Shown in pieces: positions 16,032 to 25,800 of a stretch of 53,415 bases of DNA (its first letter is position 1; each line of letters starts with the position of its first letter). The stretch spans positions 1 to 53,415 of the forward strand of contig MEYR01000005.1 of assembly GCA_001774075.1 (NCBI GenBank). Direction: 5' to 3'. This DNA comes from Candidatus Azambacteria bacterium RIFCSPLOWO2_01_FULL_44_84 (GTDB taxonomy: Bacteria; Patescibacteriota; Minisyncoccia; UBA10092). The position numbers were made by a program, and so were the translations under genes. The notes under the pieces are model-generated. The model had not been told where the DNA came from. It worked only from the letters and a program-made list of their open reading frames with translations, and did no database searches.

Positions 16032-16086
16032 TCCCGATTCTGTCTAAGTCTTCGATTTAGCAACAGAATCGAGGATCCTCGATTTC
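16032..16086 (-). repeat. hairpin element X, copy 1 (TCCCGATTyTGT ... ACArAATCGAGGATCCTCGA)
   Basis: tcccgattctgt-ctaagtcttcgatttagca-acagaatcgaggatcctcga. The paired copy at 40197-40251 has a compensating ttgt/acaa stem. Confidence 0.65.
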
Positions 16087-16101
16087 TCAACAAAATTCTA
16101 G

Positions 16102-16176
16102 TACCGCTATCGGGATTTGAACCCGAGTTTTCTGGATGAGAACCAGATGTCCTAGACCAGGCTAGACGATAGCGGC
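16102..16176 (-). tRNA. tRNA-Glu (anticodon CUC)
   Basis: Minus strand GCCGCTA-TC-GTCT-AGCCTGGTCT-AGGAC-A-TCTGG-TTCTCAT-CCAGA-AAAC-TCGGG-TTCAAAT-CCCGA-TAGCGGT-A. Confidence 0.85.
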
Positions 16177-16230
16177 ATAATATCAGAATTTTGGAGAAAT
16201 CGGGACTGGGCCTCTAGACGTTCGGGCATG

Positions 16231-16387
16231 TGGATTATCTCTCAACCCCTTTTTCTACTGCAATCTCTAAATTTTGGCTACGACTTTGTTAAAAATCCTC
16301 GCTGTATATCTATACAGTTCGAATTTTTTCCTCGTCTCGCCCAAAATTTAGAGATTTCGCAACGAAACGGGATTAAGAGATAATCCA
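16231..16387. ncRNA. nested long-range helices (unclassified structured region)
   Basis: Outer helix tggattatctctcaacccc/gggattaagagataatcca, inner helix gcaatctctaaattttgg/ccaaaatttagagatttcgc, core hairpin ctgtata-tc-tatacag. The two outer mismatches are C-A on the plus strand but G-U on the minus strand. Confidence 0.45.
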
Positions 16388-16434
16388 AGCTTCGCTTATT
16401 ATGGCATAGAACCGCGACTTTGTAAACTACAAAT

Positions 16435-16599
16435 GGAAGCGAATATAATATCTTTTCCCGAAACCTTCCGAGCAGGCGGGCTTGGCGGTTTTTGATATAA
16501 TAATAAGCTCATCAAAAACCCCGCCGTAGCGAGGACAAGCGAAGGCCATCGCTGGAATGGCCGGAGCGAGTTGAGGGAAGAGATATTATATTCGCTCCC
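16435..16599 (+). ncRNA. structured ~165-nt element, copy A (homolog of 13296-13456 on the opposite strand)
   Basis: 25-bp closing stem GGAAGCGAATATAATATCTTTTCCC/GGGAAGAGATATTATATTCGCTCCC, with internal hairpins GGCGG..TTTTTGAT/ATCAAAAA..CCGCC and GGCCAT-CGCTGGA-ATGGCC. Confidence 0.6.
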
Positions 16600-16618
16600 A
16601 CTCTTTCACATTATTTCC

Positions 16619-16775
16619 ACCAGGAAGTAGAAATTCGACAAATTCATTTTTGTCCTTAAAATTCTTTATTAATATTCATCCAATATATTTTATGTATAGC
16701 GAGTACTGCAGCATCAATCTAGAAAAACCGGACAAAAAGAATTTTTAAGGACGAGTCGAATTTTCACTTCCTGGT
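16619..16775. repeat. long imperfect inverted repeat spanning the murF stop
   Basis: accaggaagtagaaattcgac...gtccttaaaattc pairs with gaatttttaaggac..gtcgaattttcacttcctggt. The right arm contains the last murF codons. Confidence 0.55.
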
Positions 16776-18053
16776 CCACGACGGCTCCTGGCGCACTAAA
16801 AGCTCTTTTGCTTTTTGCGGCTCGGCCATAATTTCTTCAACGATTTTTTCCATCCGTAACGATTGCGAACCTTTAATCAAAATCAAATCGCCGGATTTTA
16901 TATGGTCCTGTAATTGACGCCCAACTTCTTCCGATTTTTCAAAATTATACACGTTTTTCCGATCAAAACCTTTTCTTACGGCTTGTTCGCCTATTAACCT
17001 CGCAGAGTCCCCTACCGTCCAAATTTCTTTTATGGAACCGAAAATCAAGTCTCCGACGGCCAGATGGGCTTTTTCCGAGTACTCGCCGAGCTCTTTCATA
17101 TCGCCCAAAACAATAATATCCCGCTTGCTTTCCATGTTTTTCATCACTTCCAAGGCCGCGGCTACGGCAACGGGCGAGGCATTATAAGTGTCATCTAAAA
17201 TCCATGAATTTTTAATTCCGGGCAAAAGGCGCAAGCGGCCCGGCGGTGAAATATATTCCGAAAACGCTTCAGAGATTTCAACTAAGTTCATCCCTAAAGT
17301 CAGACCGACTGCCGCAGCCGCCAGAGCAGTATAAACATTGGATTTCCCAAAGACGTTCTTCAATCTTACCGGCACAAAGCTTCCCTTGTGTTCCAGTTTA
17401 AAAGTGATGCCCGCGTCCGGCCCGGGACCGAACATTTCAAAGGTGTCCGTTCTCACCTCCGCCTCCTTGCTAAAGCCGAAAGACAGAATCTTTGCCCTGA
17501 CTTTGTCCGCTTCTTCCATTATCGCGCTATCATCATGGTTCAGAACTGCAACGCCAAGCGGCGGCAAAGCTTTAACCAAACGCATTTTCTCGCGCGCCAC
17601 ATCCCGGGGGCCGCTGAAAAACTGAACATGAACCGGAATATCGCTTATGGCTGTCACGACCGCGATCTCGGGGCGCACAAGTTTCAAAAGATAAGCCATA
17701 TCGCCCGGTTTATCAATGCCAAGTTCCAGAACTAAAAAGTCGGGATAATTGGAAAAGCGTATAAGGCGCGCCATCATCTTAATAAATACCCCCAGCCAGC
17801 TGAAAACGGAATAGTTAGTGATAGTAAGCCCGAATACCGCCAACGGGATGCCCAGTTCCGTATTATAATTCTTAAGACTGCGCCAGACAGAAAAACGTTT
17901 TTTCAAAACCGCATAAATAGCCTCCTTGGTCGAGGTTTTTCCGACACTACCGGTTATAGCAATGATGGTGGGATTGTGCTTCGCCAGCATCAAAAGCATC
18001 GGCCAGCGCAGTAAAAACTTAACAAACTGTTTTTTTATTTTTTTTCTATTCAT
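16764..18053 (-). CDS. murF: UDP-N-acetylmuramoyl-tripeptide--D-alanyl-D-alanine ligase
   Basis: ITGSVGKTSTKE P-loop and the MurF-type DDTYNASP motif; last gene of the dcw block. Confidence 0.88.
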   Translation of the reverse strand: MNRKKIKKQFVKFLLRWPMLLMLAKHNPTIIAITGSVGKTSTKEAIYAVLKKRFSVWRSLKNYNTELGIPLAVFGLTITNYSVFSWLGVFIKMMARLIRFSNYPDFLVLELGIDKPGDMAYLLKLVRPEIAVVTAISDIPVHVQFFSGPRDVAREKMRLVKALPPLGVAVLNHDDSAIMEEADKVRAKILSFGFSKEAEVRTDTFEMFGPGPDAGITFKLEHKGSFVPVRLKNVFGKSNVYTALAAAAVGLTLGMNLVEISEAFSEYISPPGRLRLLPGIKNSWILDDTYNASPVAVAAALEVMKNMESKRDIIVLGDMKELGEYSEKAHLAVGDLIFGSIKEIWTVGDSARLIGEQAVRKGFDRKNVYNFEKSEEVGRQLQDHIKSGDLILIKGSQSLRMEKIVEEIMAEPQKAKELLVRQEPSWTRK

Positions 18054-18055
18054 CT

Positions 18056-18092
18056 AAGCAAGAATTTAAAATTGAAAATTTATTGAAAATTG
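18056..18092. repeat. AT-rich TTGAAAATTG-type array
   Basis: aagcaagaatttaaaattgaaaatttattgaaaattg. Confidence 0.55.
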
Positions 18093-18120
18093 TCTCCCTT
18101 CGGGAAATCTCACGTAGCGA
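18091..18120. repeat. tandem C(UUCG)G-type hairpin element, copy 2
   Basis: tgtctcccttcgggaaatctcacgtagcga; compare 4757-4789. Confidence 0.6.
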
Positions 18121-18126
18121 AAAAAA

Positions 18127-19773
18127 TTATTGCACAGGTTGGTCCGGCGGAATTTTCCAATAACTGAAGATAAATTGGGCTAGATCGTGAAAAACCGGCA
18201 CTGAAGTGCTTTCAGCAAATCGGACTCCACGCGGCTTATCAATTTTAATTAAAGCGATAAATCTTGGACTATAGGCAGGCGCGAATCCCACGAAAGAATG
18301 AATAGTTTCATCCGAATATCCTGGCTTATCAAAATTCGGCACTTGAGCCGTTCCTGTTTTACCAGCGATATTGTAACCCAAAATCTTCGCGGAACGACCG
18401 GAACCATTTTCAACTGCCTTTATCATCATGCTGGTAAGCTTTGCTGACGTCTCCGAAGATATAACCTGTTTTCCCTCAACTGAGGAAATCTCCGTGACTC
18501 TGCCGTCGGGATTGATTATTCTTTTCACTATATGAGGCTGGACTAAACGGCCGGAGTTGGCGATTATGTTTATCGCGCGCAAAAATTCAATGGGCGTAAA
18601 GGCAACACCCTGTCCGAATGAGGCGGTAGCATAGTTTATATCGCGCCCCGTCTCCAAGTTTGCCAAATTACCCCTAGCTTCCGGCAAATCAATATAAGTT
18701 TTTTTATCCAATTCAAAATCTTTTAAATATTTCAGAAAAGCGTCTTTAGGCACCTTCTGCTCTACAAAAATCGCGCCAGTATTAAGGGATTTTTCCAGCA
18801 CGTCGGTCATAGTCTGGTAGCCATAGTTTTTCTCGGTAGAATTCTTAATAACATAGGAACCGATGCGGACCTCTCCGGAATCGTAATACTGTGTAGTCGG
18901 CGTTACCGCTCCAATTTCAATGCCGATAGCCATGGTGAGCGGTTTAAAAATAGAGCCAGGCTCAAAAAGACCCTGAACCATTGAATTTATAAAAATACTC
19001 CTGTCCTTTACTGCGGAATAATTATTGGCGTCAAAACCGGGATACAACGACATCGCAATAATCTCACCAGTCTTTGGTTCCATTACTATGATTGAACCGG
19101 CGGTGCCTTGCCACTTCGTTACCGCGTTCTCTATTAAAGCAGCGGCTTCAGACTGAATTGACGAGTCAATAGTGAGAATCAAATCTTCCCCTCTTCCGCC
19201 TCCCGGCTTGCCTCTTAATTTTTCATCATAGTATTCTTCCAGGCCGTACTGGCCGGCAAGAGCGCCGTTTTTATCAAAGCCAAGAAACCCTATCAGATGA
19301 TCCAATAATCCGACAGTCGGATAATATCGCAGTACTTCTTCTTCTACGTTTATGCCCTCTTCACCGAGAACTTGAATTTGGACGATTGTTTCATCAGAAA
19401 CTTTTCTTTTTAAAACTTCATATGGGTCATCGGACCGTGAAAGCTTCTCAATTAAAAAATTTTCATCCAATTCAAGAATAGGCGCCAGTTTTTTCGCGGT
19501 CACCTGAGGATCCTTTATGCTCTTAGGCACCGCGTAAATTAAAGGAAATTCCCTATTAAGCGCCACAGCGTAGGGCAGAGAATCTTTGTCGGTTAAAAAA
19601 ATACTGCCGCGCCCGGATATTCCCGGATCGGCTAAATTATTTGAAGTCCTTGCCAGATAGTAATCATGGCGCATCACCGACAAAAAAAAGAGCCTCGCCC
19701 AAAGTAGCGTGCTTATGAAAACAAAAATTATAATCAAGATTAAAATCCGATTTTCAACATTAGATTTTTCCAT
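18127..19773 (-). CDS. ftsI: class B penicillin-binding protein (FtsI/PBP2-type transpeptidase)
   Basis: SxxK (GSIFKP), SxN (SLNTG) and KTG (AGKTGTA) motifs with an N-terminal TM anchor, in dcw context. Confidence 0.88.
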   Translation of the reverse strand: MEKSNVENRILILIIIFVFISTLLWARLFFLSVMRHDYYLARTSNNLADPGISGRGSIFLTDKDSLPYAVALNREFPLIYAVPKSIKDPQVTAKKLAPILELDENFLIEKLSRSDDPYEVLKRKVSDETIVQIQVLGEEGINVEEEVLRYYPTVGLLDHLIGFLGFDKNGALAGQYGLEEYYDEKLRGKPGGGRGEDLILTIDSSIQSEAAALIENAVTKWQGTAGSIIVMEPKTGEIIAMSLYPGFDANNYSAVKDRSIFINSMVQGLFEPGSIFKPLTMAIGIEIGAVTPTTQYYDSGEVRIGSYVIKNSTEKNYGYQTMTDVLEKSLNTGAIFVEQKVPKDAFLKYLKDFELDKKTYIDLPEARGNLANLETGRDINYATASFGQGVAFTPIEFLRAINIIANSGRLVQPHIVKRIINPDGRVTEISSVEGKQVISSETSAKLTSMMIKAVENGSGRSAKILGYNIAGKTGTAQVPNFDKPGYSDETIHSFVGFAPAYSPRFIALIKIDKPRGVRFAESTSVPVFHDLAQFIFSYWKIPPDQPVQ

Positions 19774-19776
19774 AGA

Positions 19777-20145
19777 TTACTGATTCAAAGCTACTATATC
19801 GGGAAGACTTTGAATATACTGGATGAAATCATTAGTTACAAGATTTAAAGTGCTGGACATTTCTTTCAAAAAACTCATGCCGCGCGTCTTGGTAAGTTCT
19901 AGATTGAGATTTCGAATTTCAACTTGCAGATTATCAGCGTTTTTTCTGGCCGATTTCGCGCCATAGTCGGTAATCGCTATTGAATTTGCCAAAGCCAGGT
20001 GAAGGATGACCAAAAGAATAATAGTTAAAAGTAAAGAAAAATTCAAAACTTCGATTCTGAAATGCTGCAATTTGGAAATATAAAAAGACATTACCTTCGG
20101 CACAAGCTTCTTTTCTTCTTTATATACTAACAGTGTCTGGCTCAT
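19777..20145 (-). CDS. ftsL: FtsL-like bitopic cell-division protein
   Basis: 122 aa with a single TM helix and a coiled-coil tail. It sits between rsmH and ftsI, and its start overlaps the rsmH stop by 4 nt. Confidence 0.55.
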   Translation of the reverse strand: MSQTLLVYKEEKKLVPKVMSFYISKLQHFRIEVLNFSLLLTIILLVILHLALANSIAITDYGAKSARKNADNLQVEIRNLNLELTKTRGMSFLKEMSSTLNLVTNDFIQYIQSLPDIVALNQ

Positions 20146-21020
20146 ATTTTTTCTATAACTCTTAGTTTCGCGCTTCTGCTTCTGGGGTTCACTCTAACTT
20201 CTTCGGCGGATGACGCAATGGGTTTTTTAGTTAAATTTTTAATAATATTTTTTTTATTGAAATCGCGCGACCAATTCTTAACTATTCGGTCTTCTAAAGA
20301 ATGAAAAGAGATGAACGCGGCTCTGCTTCCTTTGGCTAAAATTTCAGGCAAGACGGCTAAAGCCCGTTCAATTTCCACAAGTTCCTGATTGACTTCAATT
20401 CTCAACGCCTGAAAGATCTGTGTGGCCGGATGTATTCTCCCGAAGCGCCTCTTTACTTTTTCAATAATACCCGTAAGCTCCAGCGTGGTCTTTATCCGTT
20501 TTCTCCTGCGACTTTCCGCGATAGCGCGAGCTATTGACCATGCCCGTGATTCCTCGCCAAATTTTTCAAAAATTTCAGCAAGTTCTTTTTCTGAATAACC
20601 ATTAACAATATCTTCGGCGGTCATGGGTGTTCTTGGATCAAAGCGCATATCCATAATCTCGTCTTTTTGGAAAGAAAATCCTTTGCCGGAATTTTCCAGC
20701 TGTTCCGATGACATGCCGAAATCGAACAAAATCCCTTTTATACTTTCAAAATGCTCTTTACTGACAATTTCTTGCAAATCTCCAAAGCTTGAATTTACAA
20801 AAATTACATTATTTTTGAACTTTGAACTTTGAACTTTGAACTTGGCGGCTGTCAAAGACATCGGATCGCGATCTATAGCCAGCAACTTGCCGTTAGGCGC
20901 TATTTTTTCCAGAATAGCCGCCATGTGCCCCCCATTGCCGACCGTTGCGTCAATAAAATTCTGACCAGGTTTAGGGCTCAAATGCTCCAAAATTTCTTTT
21001 AAGAGAACAGGGATGTGCAT
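20142..21020 (-). CDS. rsmH: 16S rRNA (cytosine1402-N4)-methyltransferase
   Basis: MHIPVLLKEILE, DATVGNGGH and FSFHSLEDRIVK-like motifs. Confidence 0.93.
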   Translation of the reverse strand: MHIPVLLKEILEHLSPKPGQNFIDATVGNGGHMAAILEKIAPNGKLLAIDRDPMSLTAAKFKVQSSKFKNNVIFVNSSFGDLQEIVSKEHFESIKGILFDFGMSSEQLENSGKGFSFQKDEIMDMRFDPRTPMTAEDIVNGYSEKELAEIFEKFGEESRAWSIARAIAESRRRKRIKTTLELTGIIEKVKRRFGRIHPATQIFQALRIEVNQELVEIERALAVLPEILAKGSRAAFISFHSLEDRIVKNWSRDFNKKNIIKNLTKKPIASSAEEVRVNPRSRSAKLRVIEKI

Positions 21021-21021
21021 A

Positions 21022-21158
21022 GTAGGTAATTTTCAATTTCTAATTTCCAATTTCTAATAAATTTTCAATGATTCAATTCCCAAATTATTTGATATTTGAT
21101 AATTGAAAAATTGTTAATTTATTGAAAATTGATAATTGATAATTGTAAATTTGGAGAA
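21022..21158. repeat. AT-rich oligomer array (TTTCTAATTTC / TTGAAAATTGATAATTG words)
   Basis: Largest array of this word family in the window, lying between mraZ and rsmH. Confidence 0.6.
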
Positions 21159-21159
21159 C

Positions 21160-21591
21160 CTAGATGCCGAATCCGCTTAAGTTTTCAGCGATATCGCCGG
21201 AAGATTTTTCAATTTCAGTCATATACTTGCCCCATTCTTTTTCTGCCCAAATTTCCACGCGATTCTGTACGCCTACCACCACAATCGTTTTTTCAAAACG
21301 GCCGTATTTCCTTAAAAAATCCGGCACGAGAATTCTTCCCATTTCGTCTATCTCAGCCTCGGAAGCGCCGGAAAGCATAAAACGCGAAAAATTCCTTGCG
21401 GTCTTTTGGCTCAACGGCAACTGACTCAGCTTTTCTACAAAGAGCTCCCAATCGCGGCGAGGATAGATAAATAAACAATTGTCCAAGCCCCTCGTTAGAA
21501 TCGGCTTTTCGCCTAATTCCATTCTTAACTTAGCTGGAATTGTGAGTCTGTTTTTGGAATCTAAGTTGTGCCTATATTCACCTAAAAGCAT
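21160..21591 (-). CDS. mraZ: transcriptional regulator MraZ
   Basis: MLLGEYRHNLDSKNRLTIPAKLR plus a second SpoVT/AbrB-like repeat (EIDEMGRILVP). The start is set at the internal ATG because the upstream codons coincide with GTGG(G/A) boxes. Confidence 0.88.
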   Translation of the reverse strand: MLLGEYRHNLDSKNRLTIPAKLRMELGEKPILTRGLDNCLFIYPRRDWELFVEKLSQLPLSQKTARNFSRFMLSGASEAEIDEMGRILVPDFLRKYGRFEKTIVVVGVQNRVEIWAEKEWGKYMTEIEKSSGDIAENLSGFGI

Positions 21592-21597
21592 GTTGTT

Positions 21598-21648
21598 TAT
21601 CCACAGATTAGCATACTTATCCACAAACTTACCCACAATCTCCCACTA
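21598..21648 (-). promoter_or_regulatory. direct GTGG(G/A) repeats, candidate MraZ operator
   Basis: Minus strand GTGGGAgatt-GTGGGTaagttt-GTGGATaag...ctGTGGATaaacaacATG. Confidence 0.45.
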
Positions 21649-21887
21649 ATTCCTTAATAATAATATGAATAAAATAAGCTTGCAAGAGCTTAAATGTGGA
21701 TAAGTCAGGAAGTGAAAATTGGACCCGCACTTCAAGTTCTTTTGCCCGACGATTCAATGTTTTAGTTCTATAACTTCTGAAACATAATGAAGAGCGTATT
21801 TTGCTATAATAAAGAATTCGAAGGGCAAAAAAGAATTTGTCCAATTTCTACTTCCTGATAAACTTAAAAAACCCCGTAATTACGGGG

Positions 21888-22499
21888 TTAAAAATATTTC
21901 TTCAAACGCGCTACGGTTTCTGACCAAAATTGCTTGTCTAATACCGGATCCATTTCGCGCCAGTTGGCGCGTTCCGGCTTACCGATGTATTCGGCAACAA
22001 CTTTACGCAAATATTGCGGAGGAGCGGGCGGATCCCAGCAAACAGTTGAGCGCAAATTATAATCATTCCAAAAAAGATACGAAACAAGTTTTTGCCGATA
22101 TAAAAGATTTAAATCGGAAAGAGAGTGTATAATGTTCATTTCTTTTCCGGAAAAATCGCTTCTTATTCTTTCGGTCATTATGCAGGCCGCGGGAATTATA
22201 TGAAGATGAGCATGTTTTATACTTTGGCCGACTATGCCGTGTTCAAATATCGTCGTAGAGCATCTGTATTCTTCACTCACGGATTGGTCCAATTTCGACG
22301 CTTCCGCCGTCATATGGATTATTTCTTCCATAGTCATATCGCCAACGCACAAAACGTGGCGTTTAGGCACGAGCAACACATAACCACCGTCGGTAATTTG
22401 CCCCAAAGTCGCGATAACATAAAAGTTTTCACTCTCTGCCACGAGCTGTTCTTCGAACTGGCTTCGGTCGCAAAAAGTACAGGGTCGCTCGCCTGCCAT
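21888..22499 (-). CDS. HIT (histidine triad) family nucleotide hydrolase/transferase
   Basis: HAHLHIIP histidine triad and an N-terminal CxxC. Confidence 0.8.
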   Translation of the reverse strand: MAGERPCTFCDRSQFEEQLVAESENFYVIATLGQITDGGYVLLVPKRHVLCVGDMTMEEIIHMTAEASKLDQSVSEEYRCSTTIFEHGIVGQSIKHAHLHIIPAACIMTERIRSDFSGKEMNIIHSLSDLNLLYRQKLVSYLFWNDYNLRSTVCWDPPAPPQYLRKVVAEYIGKPERANWREMDPVLDKQFWSETVARLKKYF

Positions 22500-22721
22500 T
22501 TTGTTTCCCGGGTTGTTAAAGAAAAAAACAACTGCCTATATTTAAAACAATTGTTTTTTTCATGTCAATTGACCCCGTTAAAAGTTTATTGTGTATTAAT
22601 AAAATACATCTACAAAAATTCCACCAATATAAAAATATGCAAATTATTAGCGTAAGAAAAAATTTTCAAAAATTTTTTCTAAAGAACTTCTAACTAAGCT
22701 GACAAAAAGTAAATTCGTGTC

Positions 22722-22768
22722 TATGAATAACAAACTCGCGTCTTTAGAACGCGAGTTTGTTATTCATA
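22722..22768. terminator. 19-bp perfect hairpin downstream of the giant gene
   Basis: tatgaataacaaactcgcg-tctttagaa-cgcgagtttgttattcata. Confidence 0.55.
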
Positions 22769-22857
22769 TTAGGACGCAATCATCTTAAACAATTATAGTG
22801 CAATTTTTTACAACAGCTGTTGTAAAAGCAAGACCTGCAATTATAGTTGTAATATTT

Positions 22858-25800
22858 TTATCTGTTCGCGTTTGCATCTTTGAAATCTATCGCGCCTGTC
22901 GAATAAGTATAGAGCGACTGAATCTCTGATTGCGCCAAAGCGCGATTGTACACCCTCACTTCATCGATGGCACCGTCAAAAGTTCTAGTTCCTGATTCAT
23001 TATTGCCAACGCGGAGATCTTCGGTATCGTCCGGAACACGGGTGCCCGAACCGCTTTGATTGGTGGTGTAAGCCACTTCAGTGCCGTTCACATAAAAATG
23101 GACGCCGGAAGCTGAAGAAGAGCCATCCCAGGTGAGAGCCACGTGTTGCCATTGGTTTAGGGTGAGGACAGCGGCGGAAGAGCGTTTATCAAGGTTGGTT
23201 GATGCGAAGTCAGCTATAAATGATAGTTGATTATTGCCAGTCATAAATAGGTTCCAGCCTCGAGTTATTGGATAAGTAACACCATCAGCTTTTTCAAGAA
23301 TTCTTCCAAAACTTTCTTCACCGGCGCTTTTGGGATTAATCCAGGCGGAAATGGTTAATTGAGGAAGATTGTCAAAAGCAGTTGGAGCATTAATGTTTAC
23401 TGCATCATCAACCTTGTCGAACTGAAGCGCTTTGCCGGATTTTCCGGTAACCCACAGGGGGTCGTTGGTTAGGGTTCCGGTATTGCCGTTGCCGGATGAA
23501 TCTGAAGCAGTGATGCCGGAACCTTCATCGAATTTCCAATGGGCTAAAAGAACGGTGATGGAGGGTTGAGAAGCTAATGTCGTCACATTGCGCGCTGGCG
23601 ATAACGCAGAAACATTGCCCGCGGCATCCACAGCCGCAACGGTATATGAATACGCGGTGTTTGCCGTAAGTCCGGTGTTTGAGTATGAAGTTCCCGGCAC
23701 AGTAGTAATTTGCGTGCCTCCACGATAAATACGATAACCGGTTACCGCGACGTTGTCGGTAGACGCGGTCCAAGAAAGATTGATTTGTGAAGATGAGAAA
23801 ACGGTTGCGATAAGATTGGCGGGTGTTGAAGGCGCAGTGGTATCCCCAGGCAAAGCTACAGGAGTAATAATCGTATTGGCAACAAAAGTACCTGGTTGCG
23901 GTCCCGAAATATCTTGCTGGTTATTCCAGAAAATGGAATTTTTCGTGACGGCACTTATGGAACTGGCAGCATGTGCTCCTATTAAATTATTCCAGATAAA
24001 AATTCCATCAAGCGTCATCGTCAACGCACTCCCCCCAGAATAATCCAATCCAATGCCGTTGGAATGAGATTCATTTGTCGTAAAAAGAGTGAGTGCGTTT
24101 GACGCAAGTACGTTTGGCGTCTGCCAGAAACCTGCAACGCCCGCACGGCCACCCGCCGCCACATTATTGCGGTATGTATTTTTCTCTCGCACCCAGAAGA
24201 TTGCAGCAGATGTCGAGTCATAGCCAAAAGCGCTTGGAGCTCGTCCGTTGGAAATTTCTTCTGGAGCATAGACCGACACTCCGAGATTCCCATCAAGCGT
24301 ATTGCCTTGCTCTTTGGCATCTTCTAGATAAAAGCAGGCGCCTTGAGCATTAAATCCGACGACATTCGAAATAGTGACGCCATTTGAAGTATGAATGGTA
24401 ATACATTTATTCATAGGATCTGAAATCGAGCTCCACACCGAGACACCATTAATGAGAAAACCGTTTCCCGCGTCGCCAAGCTCGTGAAGATGAATCGGAT
24501 AACGACCCATAGTTGCTCTCGGACCAAGATCGCGAAATTCCGCGTATTGGATTGAACCCTTCGCGCCATGCACATACATCACATGAGAGCGATGATTTGT
24601 ATCTCCTTCCCTCACAAGATTGGAAGCAATAGTGACATTGTGAGTTAGTAATCCCACCTCACCTTGCGCGCGTAGCAAAACTTCTCCGGCAATAATCAGA
24701 GATTCACTTGCTATAGTTCGGATTGCTTGTGTTGTTTTGTTGTAAGCCTTGAGATTCCCTTCATGGAGAAACGCGAGTGGCAGATTAACCGTTACGCGCG
24801 TACCCGAAATCGCCGTAATGGTGCGCACTTCGGTTTCATCGGAATTTTTGCCAGTTGGAGTAATTACGATTTTATCGCCAACCTTCCACCCTTGCGGAGC
24901 ATCTCGCAATGAGAGCGCTGAATTGCCGGCTGGAGCATCACTCACAAGCTTTGTCCATGTTTTAGGTATTGCTCCTCCGAAAAAATCTGCGCGCGCAGTT
25001 GTACCCACAACCCACAGCCCAGTATCATCAACTTGATAATCAGGAAATGTCGGATCAGACGGCGCGGCAGCTCCTCCCTTAAAAGATCTGTCATTGGCAA
25101 CATTAAAACCAATATACGTTTTCAATGCGGAGGGAATCGGGTCAACACTTGTTCCCACATCCAACTTCCCACCCTGAAGAATTGAGAGACTTCCATCAAG
25201 ATCGAGCCGCGTTGAGAGAACTCGAGACATACGAAGCGTGGCGCCATCTTTAACGATAATGGCGCGAGCTTCTGCTCCGATTTGAGTATCGAATGGAAGG
25301 TCATAAGTAACAACAATACCACTACCTGTAATAATAACCTTATCGTTGCCTGTCGGAACTTTTCCTGATTTCCATGTGCCCGCATTGCTCCAAGCGCCAG
25401 TGCGAATCGCTTCTATTATGACGGACGGCGGCGCATTAGCTACTGTGACCGATACTGATGCGGTTTTTTGATTTCCTGCTGTATCGCGCGCAACAGCGCT
25501 TATTAAGTGAGAGCCATTTGTTGTTTTACTCGTATCCCAGGACACACTATACGGCGCAAAAGTATCTTCAGCGCCAAGCAATACGCCATCTAGTTTAAAC
25601 TGCACCCCGAGAACACCGATATTATCCGACGCTTGCGCATTGATCGTTATGGCGCCTGATACCGACGCGTCTTGCGCCGGAGCAATAAGAGAAACCTGCG
25701 GCAAAACCGTATCCTGAAAAACGGCGCCGGACCCCATAGTAAAAGTTCCATCCAAAGAAACAGTATTATTACCAGCGATGTCTTTTGCCAATACGGCAAA

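Noticed and set aside
15908-16093. N-terminal extension of the epimerase ORF (track 14825-16093)
   Set aside because: The extension reads through the tRNA-Glu-like fragment and hairpin X. The Rossmann domain begins shortly after the internal Met at 15907.
21022-21158. CRISPR array among the AT-rich repeat blocks
   Set aside because: The units are 7-10 nt, degenerate and contiguous, with no 25-40-nt spacers. No cas genes occur in the window.
22811-22832. Perfect 22-nt palindrome ttttacaacagctgttgtaaaa just after the giant gene stop, considered as its terminator
   Set aside because: It has no loop and no U-run on the coding (minus) strand. The 19-bp hairpin at 22722-22768 is a better terminator candidate. 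It is left unannotated.
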